This document shows, one piece after another, positions 17,058-25,599 of a DNA stretch of 35,688 nt. The notes beneath the pieces were generated by a model. The model made no database searches, was not told the origin of the DNA, and saw only the letters and a list, made by a program, of their open reading frames with translations. The DNA lies in NCBI GenBank assembly GCA_041487135.1, contig JBGPMT010000001.1:1-35688 (forward strand). The letters run 5' to 3'. Made by a program: the position numbers and the translations under genes. Source of the stretch: Candidatus Binataceae bacterium (lineage in GTDB: Bacteria > Desulfobacterota > Binatia > Binatales > Binataceae). Numbering within the stretch: the first letter of the stretch is position 1; every line of letters starts with the position of its first letter.

Positions 17058-19129
17058 ACCTCGCCTTTCAGAAACGCCGCACGCGGATCGGGATGCTGAC
17101 GCTGCTGCTCGCGGCGCTGTTCCTGATTGCGATCGCGCGGCTGGTGGTGCTGGTCGCCTTCGACGGCCCGCGGCTCAACTCGATGGCCGCCAGCGAGCAT
17201 AGCGGCGAAGTCGAGCTGGCCGCGGTGCGCGGACCGATTCTCGATCGCAACGGCGAGCCGCTGGCGCTCTCGGCCGAAACCGGCTCGATCTACGCCCGCC
17301 CGCGTGAGCTGCTCGCCACGAGCACGGCCGAGGAGCGCGCGCGGCTGGCCGCCGCGCTCGGGATTTCGCCCGCCGAGCTCGATCGGCGCGTCCATCATCC
17401 GGCGCCCTTCGTATGGCTCGCGCGCCATCTGCCGTCCGAACGCGCCCAGCAGGCCGAGGCCGCCGGGCTCGAAGGCGTCGGCGATCTGACCGAATACAAA
17501 CGTTTCTACCCGGAGAGCAACCTGGCCGCGTCGGTGGTGGGGATGGCGGGGCTGGATGGTCAGGGGCTCTCCGGGGTAGAGCTCGGCTACGACCGGTTGA
17601 TTCGCGGTCAGCCGCTCAAGCTGCGGGTCTACCATGACGCACTCGGCCATCCGATCCTCGACAGTCCGCTGGCGCTCAAGAACTCGGAGCCCGGCGCACG
17701 GGTCGAGCTGACGATCGACGCCGGCATCCAGTCGCTGGCCGAAAGCCGGCTCGCCGAGCAGGTCGCCTCAAGTGGCGCCCGGGCCGGCAGCGCGATCGTG
17801 CTCGACCCGTGGAGCGGCGAAGTGCTGGCGCTGGCCAATGTCAACGCCGGTGCCGCAGGTCCGCACGATCGGCTGCACGATGCGGCCATCCAGGACGCCT
17901 TCGAGCCGGGCTCGACGATGAAGGGCCTGCTCGGGTCGATCGCGCTCCAGAACGGCGCCATCGATACCAGCCGGCGTATCTGGTGCGAAGGCGGACGTTT
18001 CCATTTCGGCCGCTTCACGATTCACGACGACAGCCCGCACGGATGGCTGGCGCTCCCGGATATCATCGAGGTCTCGTCGAACATCGGCGCGGCCAAGATT
18101 GCGCTCTCACTCGGCTCCGATCGCTATTACCGGGGGCTCCGCGCCTTCGGTATCGGCAGCCGCACCGGAATCGATCTCCCGGGCGAGGCCTACGGACTGT
18201 TGCGCCGGGAATCGAGCTGGCGTGAAATAGATCTCGCCAATCACGGCTTCGGCCAGGGCATCGCGGTCACGCCGATGCAGCTCGCGATCGCCTACTCCGC
18301 GATCGCCAACGGCGGGATGGTGATGCGCCCCTACGTGGTCAAGGCGGTCTACAGTCCTGCGGGTAGACCGATCCTGGTGCATACGCCGCAGGTGATGCGG
18401 CGGGCGCTTACCCCCGCGATCGCCCATCAGATGAACCTGCTGCTGCGCAACGTCGTCAACGGCTCCGAGGGCACGGCGCGGCGCGCCAAGGTCGACGGCT
18501 TTATCGTGGCCGGCAAGACCGGCACGGCACAGATGGTGAATCCCGCCACTGGTGCCTACTTCCAGAATCGCCTGGTCGCTTCGTTCGTCGGTTTTCTGCC
18601 GGCCGACGATCCGCGCCTGGTGATCCTGGTGGTGCTCTATGACGTCGGCCATGGCCACTTCGGCGGATTGGTGGCGGCGCCCGTCTTCAGCGCGATCGCG
18701 GCCGGCGCCGTGCGCCAGCTCGATATCAGCGCGCCGCGGCCGCCGGGCTACGAGAGCGCCAGCATCCTGCCGCTCGAGGTCTTGAAGCGGGCCGAGTCGC
18801 TGGTCTCTGGCGACGCGGCAGCCTCAGAGATCGCCGACGATTCGGTGCTCCCGGGGGCGGCACCGGTATCGCTGCCCGATTTTGCGGGCCTGAGCCTGCG
18901 GCAGGCGCTTGCGCTCGCCCATCAGCGGGCCCTGAACCTCGACGTGAAGGGTTCGGGCTGGGTGATAGGGCAGGATCCGCCGGCCGGTGCGCCGGCCGGT
19001 CCGGATACCGTGAAGCTCACGCTCGCGGCCAATCCGGGAGTCGACGGCGCCGGCCCAAGCTTGCGGCCCAGGCGCGGCGCCCGGCATCCGGCGAGCCGCG
19101 CCAGCGATGCTCGGCGGAGGACGCGTTGA
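17054..19129 (+). CDS. ftsI: peptidoglycan D,D-transpeptidase FtsI (class B PBP) with C-terminal PASTA domain
   Basis: In frame with track ORF 16667..19129. Start placed at GTG 17054 (GTGA overlap with the ftsL stop), giving VNLAFQKRRTRIGMLTLLL (TM helix). Also RGPILDRNGEPLA, the active-site-type STMK, and KTGTA. Residues about 605-660 form a PASTA-like fold motif. Confidence 0.9.
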   Translation: MNLAFQKRRTRIGMLTLLLAALFLIAIARLVVLVAFDGPRLNSMAASEHSGEVELAAVRGPILDRNGEPLALSAETGSIYARPRELLATSTAEERARLAAALGISPAELDRRVHHPAPFVWLARHLPSERAQQAEAAGLEGVGDLTEYKRFYPESNLAASVVGMAGLDGQGLSGVELGYDRLIRGQPLKLRVYHDALGHPILDSPLALKNSEPGARVELTIDAGIQSLAESRLAEQVASSGARAGSAIVLDPWSGEVLALANVNAGAAGPHDRLHDAAIQDAFEPGSTMKGLLGSIALQNGAIDTSRRIWCEGGRFHFGRFTIHDDSPHGWLALPDIIEVSSNIGAAKIALSLGSDRYYRGLRAFGIGSRTGIDLPGEAYGLLRRESSWREIDLANHGFGQGIAVTPMQLAIAYSAIANGGMVMRPYVVKAVYSPAGRPILVHTPQVMRRALTPAIAHQMNLLLRNVVNGSEGTARRAKVDGFIVAGKTGTAQMVNPATGAYFQNRLVASFVGFLPADDPRLVILVVLYDVGHGHFGGLVAAPVFSAIAAGAVRQLDISAPRPPGYESASILPLEVLKRAESLVSGDAAASEIADDSVLPGAAPVSLPDFAGLSLRQALALAHQRALNLDVKGSGWVIGQDPPAGAPAGPDTVKLTLAANPGVDGAGPSLRPRRGARHPASRASDARRRTR

Positions 19130-20664
19130 AGCTCGCCGAGCTTATCGCCGGCGCGGAGGTGAGGCGGCTTGAGGGCGACGCCGGGGCCGAGATCACGGGG
19201 CTCGGCTACGACTCGCGGCGGATCGAGCCGGGGTATCTGTTTTTCGCGACCGCGCGGGACCCGGAGCTGAACCGCGCGAATATTGAAGAGGCATTGAACC
19301 GTGGGGCGCGTGCGGTGGTGGTGCGGGGATGGGACGGTTCGGCAGCGCGCCCCGCGGTAACCTGGATCGAATGCGAACGGCCGCGGCTGCTGATGGCCGC
19401 GGCCGCCTCGCGCTTCTTCGGGGCGCCGAGCGAGCGGCTCGATCTGATCGGAATCACCGGCACCAGCGGCAAGACCACGACCGCCTACCTGCTGGCCTCG
19501 ATTTTCGAGAGCGCCGGCGCGCCGGCCGGAATCGTCGGCACGATCGGAATTTTCGCCGGCCCGCGGCGCCTGCAAAGCGGGCTGACGACGCCCGAGTCGA
19601 TCGATTTCGAGGCGGCGCTGGCCGAGATGGAGCGCGCGGGCGTGCGGCGCGTGGCGGCGGAAATCTCGTCGATCGGGCTGGAGGAAGGCCGCGTCGAGGC
19701 GCTCAACTTCAAGGGTTGCCTGTTTACCAATCTCGGCCGCGACCATCTCGACTACCACGGCACGCCCGAGAACTATTTCAGCGCCAAGCTGCGCCTGTTC
19801 ACCGAGTTGCTGCCCAAAAGCCGCCGGTCCGATCCGGTCGCGGTGGCGCGGGGAGACGACCATTTCGGACAGCGCGTGCTCGAGGCGGTGCGGGGGCGGA
19901 AAATCAGCTTCGGCCTGCGCTCCGACCTCGACGTTCATCCGACCAGCTACGCGACCGGGCTCGACGGGATGCGCGCGTCGATCTCGGCGCTGGACCGGAA
20001 ACTGGAAATCCGATCGCCCCTGCTCGGCGAGATCAATCTCCTCAATATCCTCGGGGCGTCGGCGATGTCGGTGGCCCTGGGCATCGAAACGGATGCGGTG
20101 GTGGAAGGTGTGCGGCGATGCCCAGGGGCCCCCGGCCGGCTCGAAATGGTGCCCGGTCCGCCAGGGACCACGGTGCTGGTCGACTATGCGCACAAGCCCG
20201 ACGCGCTGGAAGCGGTGCTGAAAGCGCTGCGCGCGCTGGGGCCGAAGCGGCTCTGCTGCGTCTTCGGATGCGGCGGCGATCGCGATCGCGGCAAGCGGCC
20301 GCTGATGGGCGAAATCGCGGGACGGCTCGCCGACCTCGCGATCCTGACCTCGGATAATCCGCGCACCGAAAATCCGCTCGAGATTATCGCCCAGGTCGAG
20401 GCCGGGCTCAGCGAGACCGGGCTCCCGCGGATCGAAAGCGGCGAGATCGAACGGCGGCGCGGCTATCTGGTCGAGCCCGACCGGCGTGCCGCGATTGCGC
20501 TCGCGCTTGGGGCCGCGAAGCCGGGCGACGTAATCGTGATCGCCGGCAAGGGCCACGAGGATTATCAAATCGTCGGGACGCGCAAGCGGCATTTCGACGA
20601 TCGCGAAGTGGTGCGCGAGATCGCCGCGGAGCTGCGCGATCGCGCGCCGAATCGGGCGAGTTGA
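19126..20664 (+). CDS. murE: UDP-N-acetylmuramoyl-L-alanyl-D-glutamate--2,6-diaminopimelate ligase
   Basis: 512 aa. TTG start overlaps the ftsI stop (TTGA). P-loop GITGTSGKTTT. DNPR motif (TSDNPRTENP), the known marker of meso-DAP-adding MurE. Confidence 0.92.
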   Translation: MKLAELIAGAEVRRLEGDAGAEITGLGYDSRRIEPGYLFFATARDPELNRANIEEALNRGARAVVVRGWDGSAARPAVTWIECERPRLLMAAAASRFFGAPSERLDLIGITGTSGKTTTAYLLASIFESAGAPAGIVGTIGIFAGPRRLQSGLTTPESIDFEAALAEMERAGVRRVAAEISSIGLEEGRVEALNFKGCLFTNLGRDHLDYHGTPENYFSAKLRLFTELLPKSRRSDPVAVARGDDHFGQRVLEAVRGRKISFGLRSDLDVHPTSYATGLDGMRASISALDRKLEIRSPLLGEINLLNILGASAMSVALGIETDAVVEGVRRCPGAPGRLEMVPGPPGTTVLVDYAHKPDALEAVLKALRALGPKRLCCVFGCGGDRDRGKRPLMGEIAGRLADLAILTSDNPRTENPLEIIAQVEAGLSETGLPRIESGEIERRRGYLVEPDRRAAIALALGAAKPGDVIVIAGKGHEDYQIVGTRKRHFDDREVVREIAAELRDRAPNRAS

Positions 20665-21007
20665 CGGCGGCGGCGGCGCCGCAGGACAGGTGGCTTCGAG
20701 GATGAGGCGATTGGCTTCGGATCAAATTTAGTTTGACGGGTGACTCCCTGGGGGAAGCCTTCGGCCGGGAGGAAGGGTGATGTGGGGTGGTGGTAACCGG
20801 TCGGAGGCTTGCCTCGGGACGTCAGCGGGAGGCGCCGGAGCAATTCCGGCGCAGGGCTTTACGCAGGGCAATCAGACAGCATCGGCGTCGCTCGGCGGCT
20901 CCGGGTTGGTTCGCCGAGGCGATCCCGAGCCGTCGAAGCTCTCGCGACCTGACAGCGAGCCGTCGCGACGGCTCAGTAAACCCGCTACACTGGGAGTCCT
21001 TCTTTCG

Positions 21008-22084
21008 ATGCTGTATCTGTGGTTGTTCCCTTCGCACCAGTCCCACGCGATCTTCAACGTTCTGCGCTACGAGACCTTCCGCTCCTTGATGGCGGGGCTC
21101 GCGGCGCTGGCCTTGTCGCTGGCGCTCGGGCCGATTCTGATCGAGCGCTTTCGCGCCGCGCATATCGGGCAGACGATTCGCGACGAAGTCCCGCAGCATC
21201 TCAAGAAGGCCGGCACGCCGACCATGGGCGGCCTGCTGATCGTGGCCTCGTGCCTGGCGGCGACTCTCCTGCTCGCCAACCTGCGCGACGCCTACGTATG
21301 GCTCGCGATGGGCGTGATGGTCGGGTTCGGCGCGATCGGCCTGACCGACGACCTGCTGAAGCTCAGGCGCGGCCGCGGCGCGGGACTCTCGGGTCCGCAG
21401 AAGCTGGTCTCGCAGGCGCTGGTCGCCTTCATCGCGGCGGTCGTGCTGTTCGGATTTCTTCACTTCGACACCCATCTGACGGTGCCATTCTTCAAGAACG
21501 TCCATCCGAATCTGCATCTGTGGGGATACATCGTTTTCGCGATGGTCGTGATGGTTGCGAGCAGTAATGCGGTCAACCTGACCGATGGACTGGACGGCCT
21601 CGCGATCGGTCCCGTGATGACGGTCGCCTTCTGCTACCTGTGGTTTACCTGGGTGGCGGGCAACTTGAAGCTTGCGAACCACTTCGACGTGCCGCACGTG
21701 ATAGGCGCCGGCGAGCTCGCGATCTTCTGCGCCGCCCTGGTCGCCGCCTCGATGGGCTTTCTCTGGTACAACGCCTACCCGGCCTCGATGATGATGGGCG
21801 ACGTCGGCGCGCTCGCGCTCGGCGGCGCGCTCGGGATCGTCGCGATACTCGCCAAGCAGGAACTGGTGCTGGTGATCGCGGGCGGCGTGTTCGTGATCGA
21901 GGCCGCCTCGACCATCATCCAGCGCTACTACTACAAGCTGACGCATCGGCGCGTCTTCCGGATGGCCCCGCTGCATCATCATTTCGAGCTGGGCGGATGG
22001 CCTGAGACGGTGGTGGTGACGCGCTTCTGGATCATTTCGATTATCTGCGCCCTGTTGGCGCTCAGCACGCTCAAGCTGCGTTGA
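21008..22084 (+). CDS. mraY: phospho-N-acetylmuramoyl-pentapeptide transferase
   Basis: Track ORF 20777..22084. Homology-type N-terminus begins at ATG 21008 (MLYLWLF...). Motifs KKAGTPTMGG, NAVNLTDGLDGLA and HHHFE. An in-frame upstream ATG at 20780 with a strong GGAGG SD also exists (see findings). Confidence 0.88.
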   Translation: MLYLWLFPSHQSHAIFNVLRYETFRSLMAGLAALALSLALGPILIERFRAAHIGQTIRDEVPQHLKKAGTPTMGGLLIVASCLAATLLLANLRDAYVWLAMGVMVGFGAIGLTDDLLKLRRGRGAGLSGPQKLVSQALVAFIAAVVLFGFLHFDTHLTVPFFKNVHPNLHLWGYIVFAMVVMVASSNAVNLTDGLDGLAIGPVMTVAFCYLWFTWVAGNLKLANHFDVPHVIGAGELAIFCAALVAASMGFLWYNAYPASMMMGDVGALALGGALGIVAILAKQELVLVIAGGVFVIEAASTIIQRYYYKLTHRRVFRMAPLHHHFELGGWPETVVVTRFWIISIICALLALSTLKLR

Positions 22085-23409
22085 TGGATGTAGCGGGGAA
22101 AAAGGTCGCGGTGATAGGACTTGGGCGCAGCGGCGCGGCCGCGGCGCGCTTTCTGTTCGAGCGCAGCGCGCGCCTGGTGCTGATCGATCGCGACCACGCG
22201 GTTGGCCGCAACACCGAGCTGCCCCCCGGCGAGCTGCATCTCGGCGCCGAAGATCCGTGGTGGCTGGCGGGCTGCGACCTGGTGGTCACCAGCCCTGGCG
22301 TGGCGCCCGGCAACACGCTGCTGGTCCATGCCCGGCGCATCGGCATCCCGGTCTGGAGCGAGCTGGAACTGGCCGCGCTGTATTTCCGCCGGCCCACGGT
22401 CGCGATCACCGGCACCAACGGCAAGAGCACCGTGACCGTCATGCTCGGCGAGATCTTCAAGGCCGCCGGGCTGCGCGTGTTCGTCGGCGGAAACCTCGGC
22501 GTGCCGCTTATCGAGGCGATGCGCGGCGCGTACGATCTCGGCGTGATCGAGGTCTCGAGCTACCAGCTCGAATGGATCGAAAATTTCCATCCCCGCGCCG
22601 GCGTCTATCTGAATCTCACCGAAGACCATCTCGATCGCTACCGCGACCTCGAGGACTACGGCCGCGCCAAGGCGGCGCTGTTCCGCAATCAGAATTTTAA
22701 CGATTGGGCGCTGCTCAACCGCGACGACCCGCGGGTCTTCGCGATCGCGGAAGGCCTGCGCGCGAAGGTCGTCAGTTTCGGCTGGTCGGCGCCCGCCAAG
22801 GCACCGTCACTGCATATCGAAAATGACGCCATAGTTTACCGGCTCGAGTCGCGCGCGGGGCAGCTGGCGCTCGGCGGGTTTGCGCTCCGCGGGCGGCACA
22901 ACCTGATGAACGCGATGGCGGCGGCGGGCGCGGCCCTGGCGATGGAGGTCGAGGCCCCGGTTATCGAGCGCGCGCTGGCCGCGTTCGAGGGACTGCCGCA
23001 TCGAATCGAGCTGGTGCGCGAGCTGAGCGGCGTGAAGTTTATCGACGATTCCAAGGGCACCAACGTCGGCGCGGTGGTCGAGGCGCTGGCGGCGGTCGGC
23101 GGGCGGGTGATTCTGATCGCGGGCGGGATGGACAAGGGCGGCAATTACGCGCCGCTCCTGGAGCCGCTGCGCGAGAAGGTGTGCCGGCTCATCCTGATCG
23201 GCGCGGCGCGCGAGAAGATGGCCGCGGCGCTGGCCGGCGCGACCGAGATTTCGAGCGTGGCGACGCTTTCCGAGGCGCTTGAGCTGGCGGCCTCCACGGC
23301 TCGGCCGGGAGAGACGGTCATGCTCTCGCCGGCCTGTTCGAGTTTCGACCAGTTCAGGGACTATGCGGAGCGCGGCGACTTATTTAAAGAGCTGGTTCGG
23401 GCGCTTTGA
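22084..23409 (+). CDS. murD: UDP-N-acetylmuramoylalanine--D-glutamate ligase
   Basis: VAVIGLGRSG Rossmann start and ITGTNGKST P-loop. The ATG overlaps the mraY TGA by 1 nt. TTG 22081 is an alternative start. Confidence 0.92.
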   Translation: MDVAGKKVAVIGLGRSGAAAARFLFERSARLVLIDRDHAVGRNTELPPGELHLGAEDPWWLAGCDLVVTSPGVAPGNTLLVHARRIGIPVWSELELAALYFRRPTVAITGTNGKSTVTVMLGEIFKAAGLRVFVGGNLGVPLIEAMRGAYDLGVIEVSSYQLEWIENFHPRAGVYLNLTEDHLDRYRDLEDYGRAKAALFRNQNFNDWALLNRDDPRVFAIAEGLRAKVVSFGWSAPAKAPSLHIENDAIVYRLESRAGQLALGGFALRGRHNLMNAMAAAGAALAMEVEAPVIERALAAFEGLPHRIELVRELSGVKFIDDSKGTNVGAVVEALAAVGGRVILIAGGMDKGGNYAPLLEPLREKVCRLILIGAAREKMAAALAGATEISSVATLSEALELAASTARPGETVMLSPACSSFDQFRDYAERGDLFKELVRAL

Positions 23410-24511
23410 GGCGGTCGCCTACCGGCGGCCCGATCCGTGGCTGTGGCTGCCGGCGGCGGCGCTGTCGATTCTCGGCCTGCTGATGGTGCTCAACACCACT
23501 TACTTCCTGAGTCTCGAGAAAACCGGCAACGGTTTTCATTTCTTCAAGCTGCAGCTTTTTCATCTGGTGCTCGGCCTGGCGATGCTGGGCGTTATCTCGC
23601 AACTTTCGCTGGCCGGTTTGCGCCGGCTCGTGATGCCGCTCTTGATCGTGTCGCTGGCGATGCTGGTGGCGGTCTGGATGCCGGGGCTGGGGGTGATGCG
23701 CGGCGGCGCGCGGCGCTGGCTGCGCCTTGGCCCGGCGCTGATCGAGCCCTCCGAGTTCGTCAAGATCGCGATCGTCTTCTTCCTCGCCGAGTTTCTGAGC
23801 CGGCGCGGCGAACGGATCCGGAAGTTCTGCGGCGGTCCGCTGCCGGTGTTCCTGATGATCGGTCCGATCGCGCTGATCGTGCTGAAGCAGCCCGACTTCG
23901 GCGCGACCGTGATGATCGTGTTGATCCTGTTCGCGATGCTGTACGCGGCGGGCGCCCGGTCGGCCCATCTCGGATTCGCCGGCGCCGGCGCGGTTGCGAT
24001 CCTCGCGCTGCAGGCGGTATCGAAATCCTATCGGATGCGCCGGCTGACCTCGTTCCTCGATCCTTGGCAGACGGCGCGCGGCGCGGGCTTCCAGCTTATT
24101 CAGTCCTACATCGCGCTCGGCGCGGGCGGCGAATGGGGCGTGGGGCTCGGCGCCGGCCGCCAGAAGATGTTCTATCTGCCGCAGGCGCACAACGATTTCA
24201 TCTTCGCCGTGATCGGCGAGGAACTCGGAATTGCCGGCGCGATCAGCGTGATCCTGCTGTTCGGCGTGATCCTGTTCCGCGGCATGCGTATCGCCCATGA
24301 CGAGCCTGATCCCTTCGCGAGCCTGCTGGCGGTCGGCCTGACCGCGCTGCTCACGCTGCAGGCGTTGGTCAATATCGCGGTGGTCATCGGCCTGATTCCC
24401 ACCAAGGGCCTGCCGCTGCCGTTCTTGAGCTACGGCGGCACGGCGATGATCGTGACGATGACGACGCTCGGCGCGCTGCTCGCGCTCGGCCGGCGTCCGG
24501 CGGTGAGATGA
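23363..24511 (+). CDS. ftsW: SEDS-family peptidoglycan glycosyltransferase FtsW
   Basis: Track ORF 23279..24511. First ATG in frame is at 23363, a 47-nt overlap with murD. Multi-TM protein with the SEDS motif LPQAHNDFIFAVIGEELG. Confidence 0.88.
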   Translation: MRSAATYLKSWFGRFEAVAYRRPDPWLWLPAAALSILGLLMVLNTTYFLSLEKTGNGFHFFKLQLFHLVLGLAMLGVISQLSLAGLRRLVMPLLIVSLAMLVAVWMPGLGVMRGGARRWLRLGPALIEPSEFVKIAIVFFLAEFLSRRGERIRKFCGGPLPVFLMIGPIALIVLKQPDFGATVMIVLILFAMLYAAGARSAHLGFAGAGAVAILALQAVSKSYRMRRLTSFLDPWQTARGAGFQLIQSYIALGAGGEWGVGLGAGRQKMFYLPQAHNDFIFAVIGEELGIAGAISVILLFGVILFRGMRIAHDEPDPFASLLAVGLTALLTLQALVNIAVVIGLIPTKGLPLPFLSYGGTAMIVTMTTLGALLALGRRPAVR

Positions 24512-25599
24512 AGGTGATTATCGCAGGCGGCGGCACCGGCGGCCATCTGTTTCCCGCGGTCGCGCTCGGCGAAGAACTCAAACGCCAGCGCCCGGCGACC
24601 GACCTGCTGTTCGTCGGCACCAGCGCCGGTTTCGAGGCGCGGTGGCTGCCGCAAAGCGGCCTGCGCTATGAACTGTTCCAGGTCCATGGACTGCGCGGCC
24701 ACAGCCTCGGCCAACGCATGATCGCGATCGCGCAATTCGCGCGCGCCGCGTGCGAGGCGCTCAGCGTGCTGAGACGCTTTGGCGCCGACCTGGTGGTGAG
24801 CGCCGGCGGCTACGCATCGGTGCCGATGGCCGTCGCGGCGATCGTCACGCGCACGCCGCTGGTCCTGATGGAGCAAAACTCGCGACCCGGGCTCGCCAAC
24901 CGGACTTTCTGGCGCTTCGCAAAAAAAATCTGCGTTGGATTCGACGAGACCGCGGCGTTCTTCAGTCCCGGCAAGGTCGCGGTTACCGGAAATCCGGTGC
25001 GGGCCGACTTGACCCGCTATCGCGCTGGCCGTGAGCCGTCCGATCGTTCCCAAATTCTTGTTCTAGGCGGGTCGACCGGCGCGCATCGGCTCAATTTAGG
25101 CGTAGTAAATGCTTTCAAAAGTTTGGCAAAAGATGTTATAAAATGGAGACTTGTCCATCAGACGGGCGAGGCGGATGTGGGGATGGTGACGGCGGCGTAC
25201 AGGGACCTTGGATGGCCGGACGCAACGGTCCTGCCCTTTATCGACGACATCGGATCGGCGCTGGCCGGCGCGGAGCTGGTGGTGGCGCGCGCGGGTGCGG
25301 TGACGGTCTCCGAGGTCGCGCTTGTCGGCCGCCCGGCGATCTTCGTGCCCTATCCGTTCCATCGCGATCGCCAGCAGGAGCTCAATGCCCGCGTGATCGA
25401 GCGCGCCGGCGGAGCGATCGTGATTCGCGATGACGACAACCTGGCCGCTAACCTCGCGCGCGCGATTCCGGAGCTGATGGCCGATCCTGCGCGGCTCGCC
25501 GAGATGAGCCACCGGACCCGATCGGTTGCGCGGCCCGACGCCGCCGCGCACATCGCGAGGATCTGTTTCGAGATCGCGGGCGCGGAGGCGGGCGCGTGA
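24508..25599 (+). CDS. murG: UDP-N-acetylglucosamine--N-acetylmuramyl-(pentapeptide) pyrophosphoryl-undecaprenol GlcNAc transferase
   Basis: 363 aa. N-terminal GGGTGGHLFPA motif. ATGA overlap with the ftsW stop. Confidence 0.92.
   Translation: MKVIIAGGGTGGHLFPAVALGEELKRQRPATDLLFVGTSAGFEARWLPQSGLRYELFQVHGLRGHSLGQRMIAIAQFARAACEALSVLRRFGADLVVSAGGYASVPMAVAAIVTRTPLVLMEQNSRPGLANRTFWRFAKKICVGFDETAAFFSPGKVAVTGNPVRADLTRYRAGREPSDRSQILVLGGSTGAHRLNLGVVNAFKSLAKDVIKWRLVHQTGEADVGMVTAAYRDLGWPDATVLPFIDDIGSALAGAELVVARAGAVTVSEVALVGRPAIFVPYPFHRDRQQELNARVIERAGGAIVIRDDDNLAANLARAIPELMADPARLAEMSHRTRSVARPDAAAHIARICFEIAGAEAGA
25114..25142 (+). promoter_or_regulatory. candidate internal sigma70-type promoter inside murG
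   Basis: Extended -10 TGtTATAAA (25134-25142), with TTCAAA (25114-25119) 17 nt upstream. Embedded in a conspicuous AT-rich patch of about 70 bp in an otherwise GC-rich gene. Confidence 0.3.

Noticed and set aside
18922-20592. 556-aa minus-strand ORF
   Set aside because: Antisense shadow of murE. No motifs.
20665-21007. Possibility that the murE-mraY spacer is a known ncRNA (RNase P RNA, tmRNA, SRP/4.5S, 6S) or a decayed murF
   Set aside because: I could not find the conserved cores I know, such as the RNase P GGAAAGUCCGG-type motif or a tmRNA 5' GGGG/tag ORF. None of the three forward frames shows MurF-like sequence. Kept only as an unclassified structured spacer.
20822-21982. 386-aa minus-strand ORF
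   Set aside because: Antisense shadow of mraY. Charged, His/Arg-rich translation against a clear polytopic MraY on the + strand.
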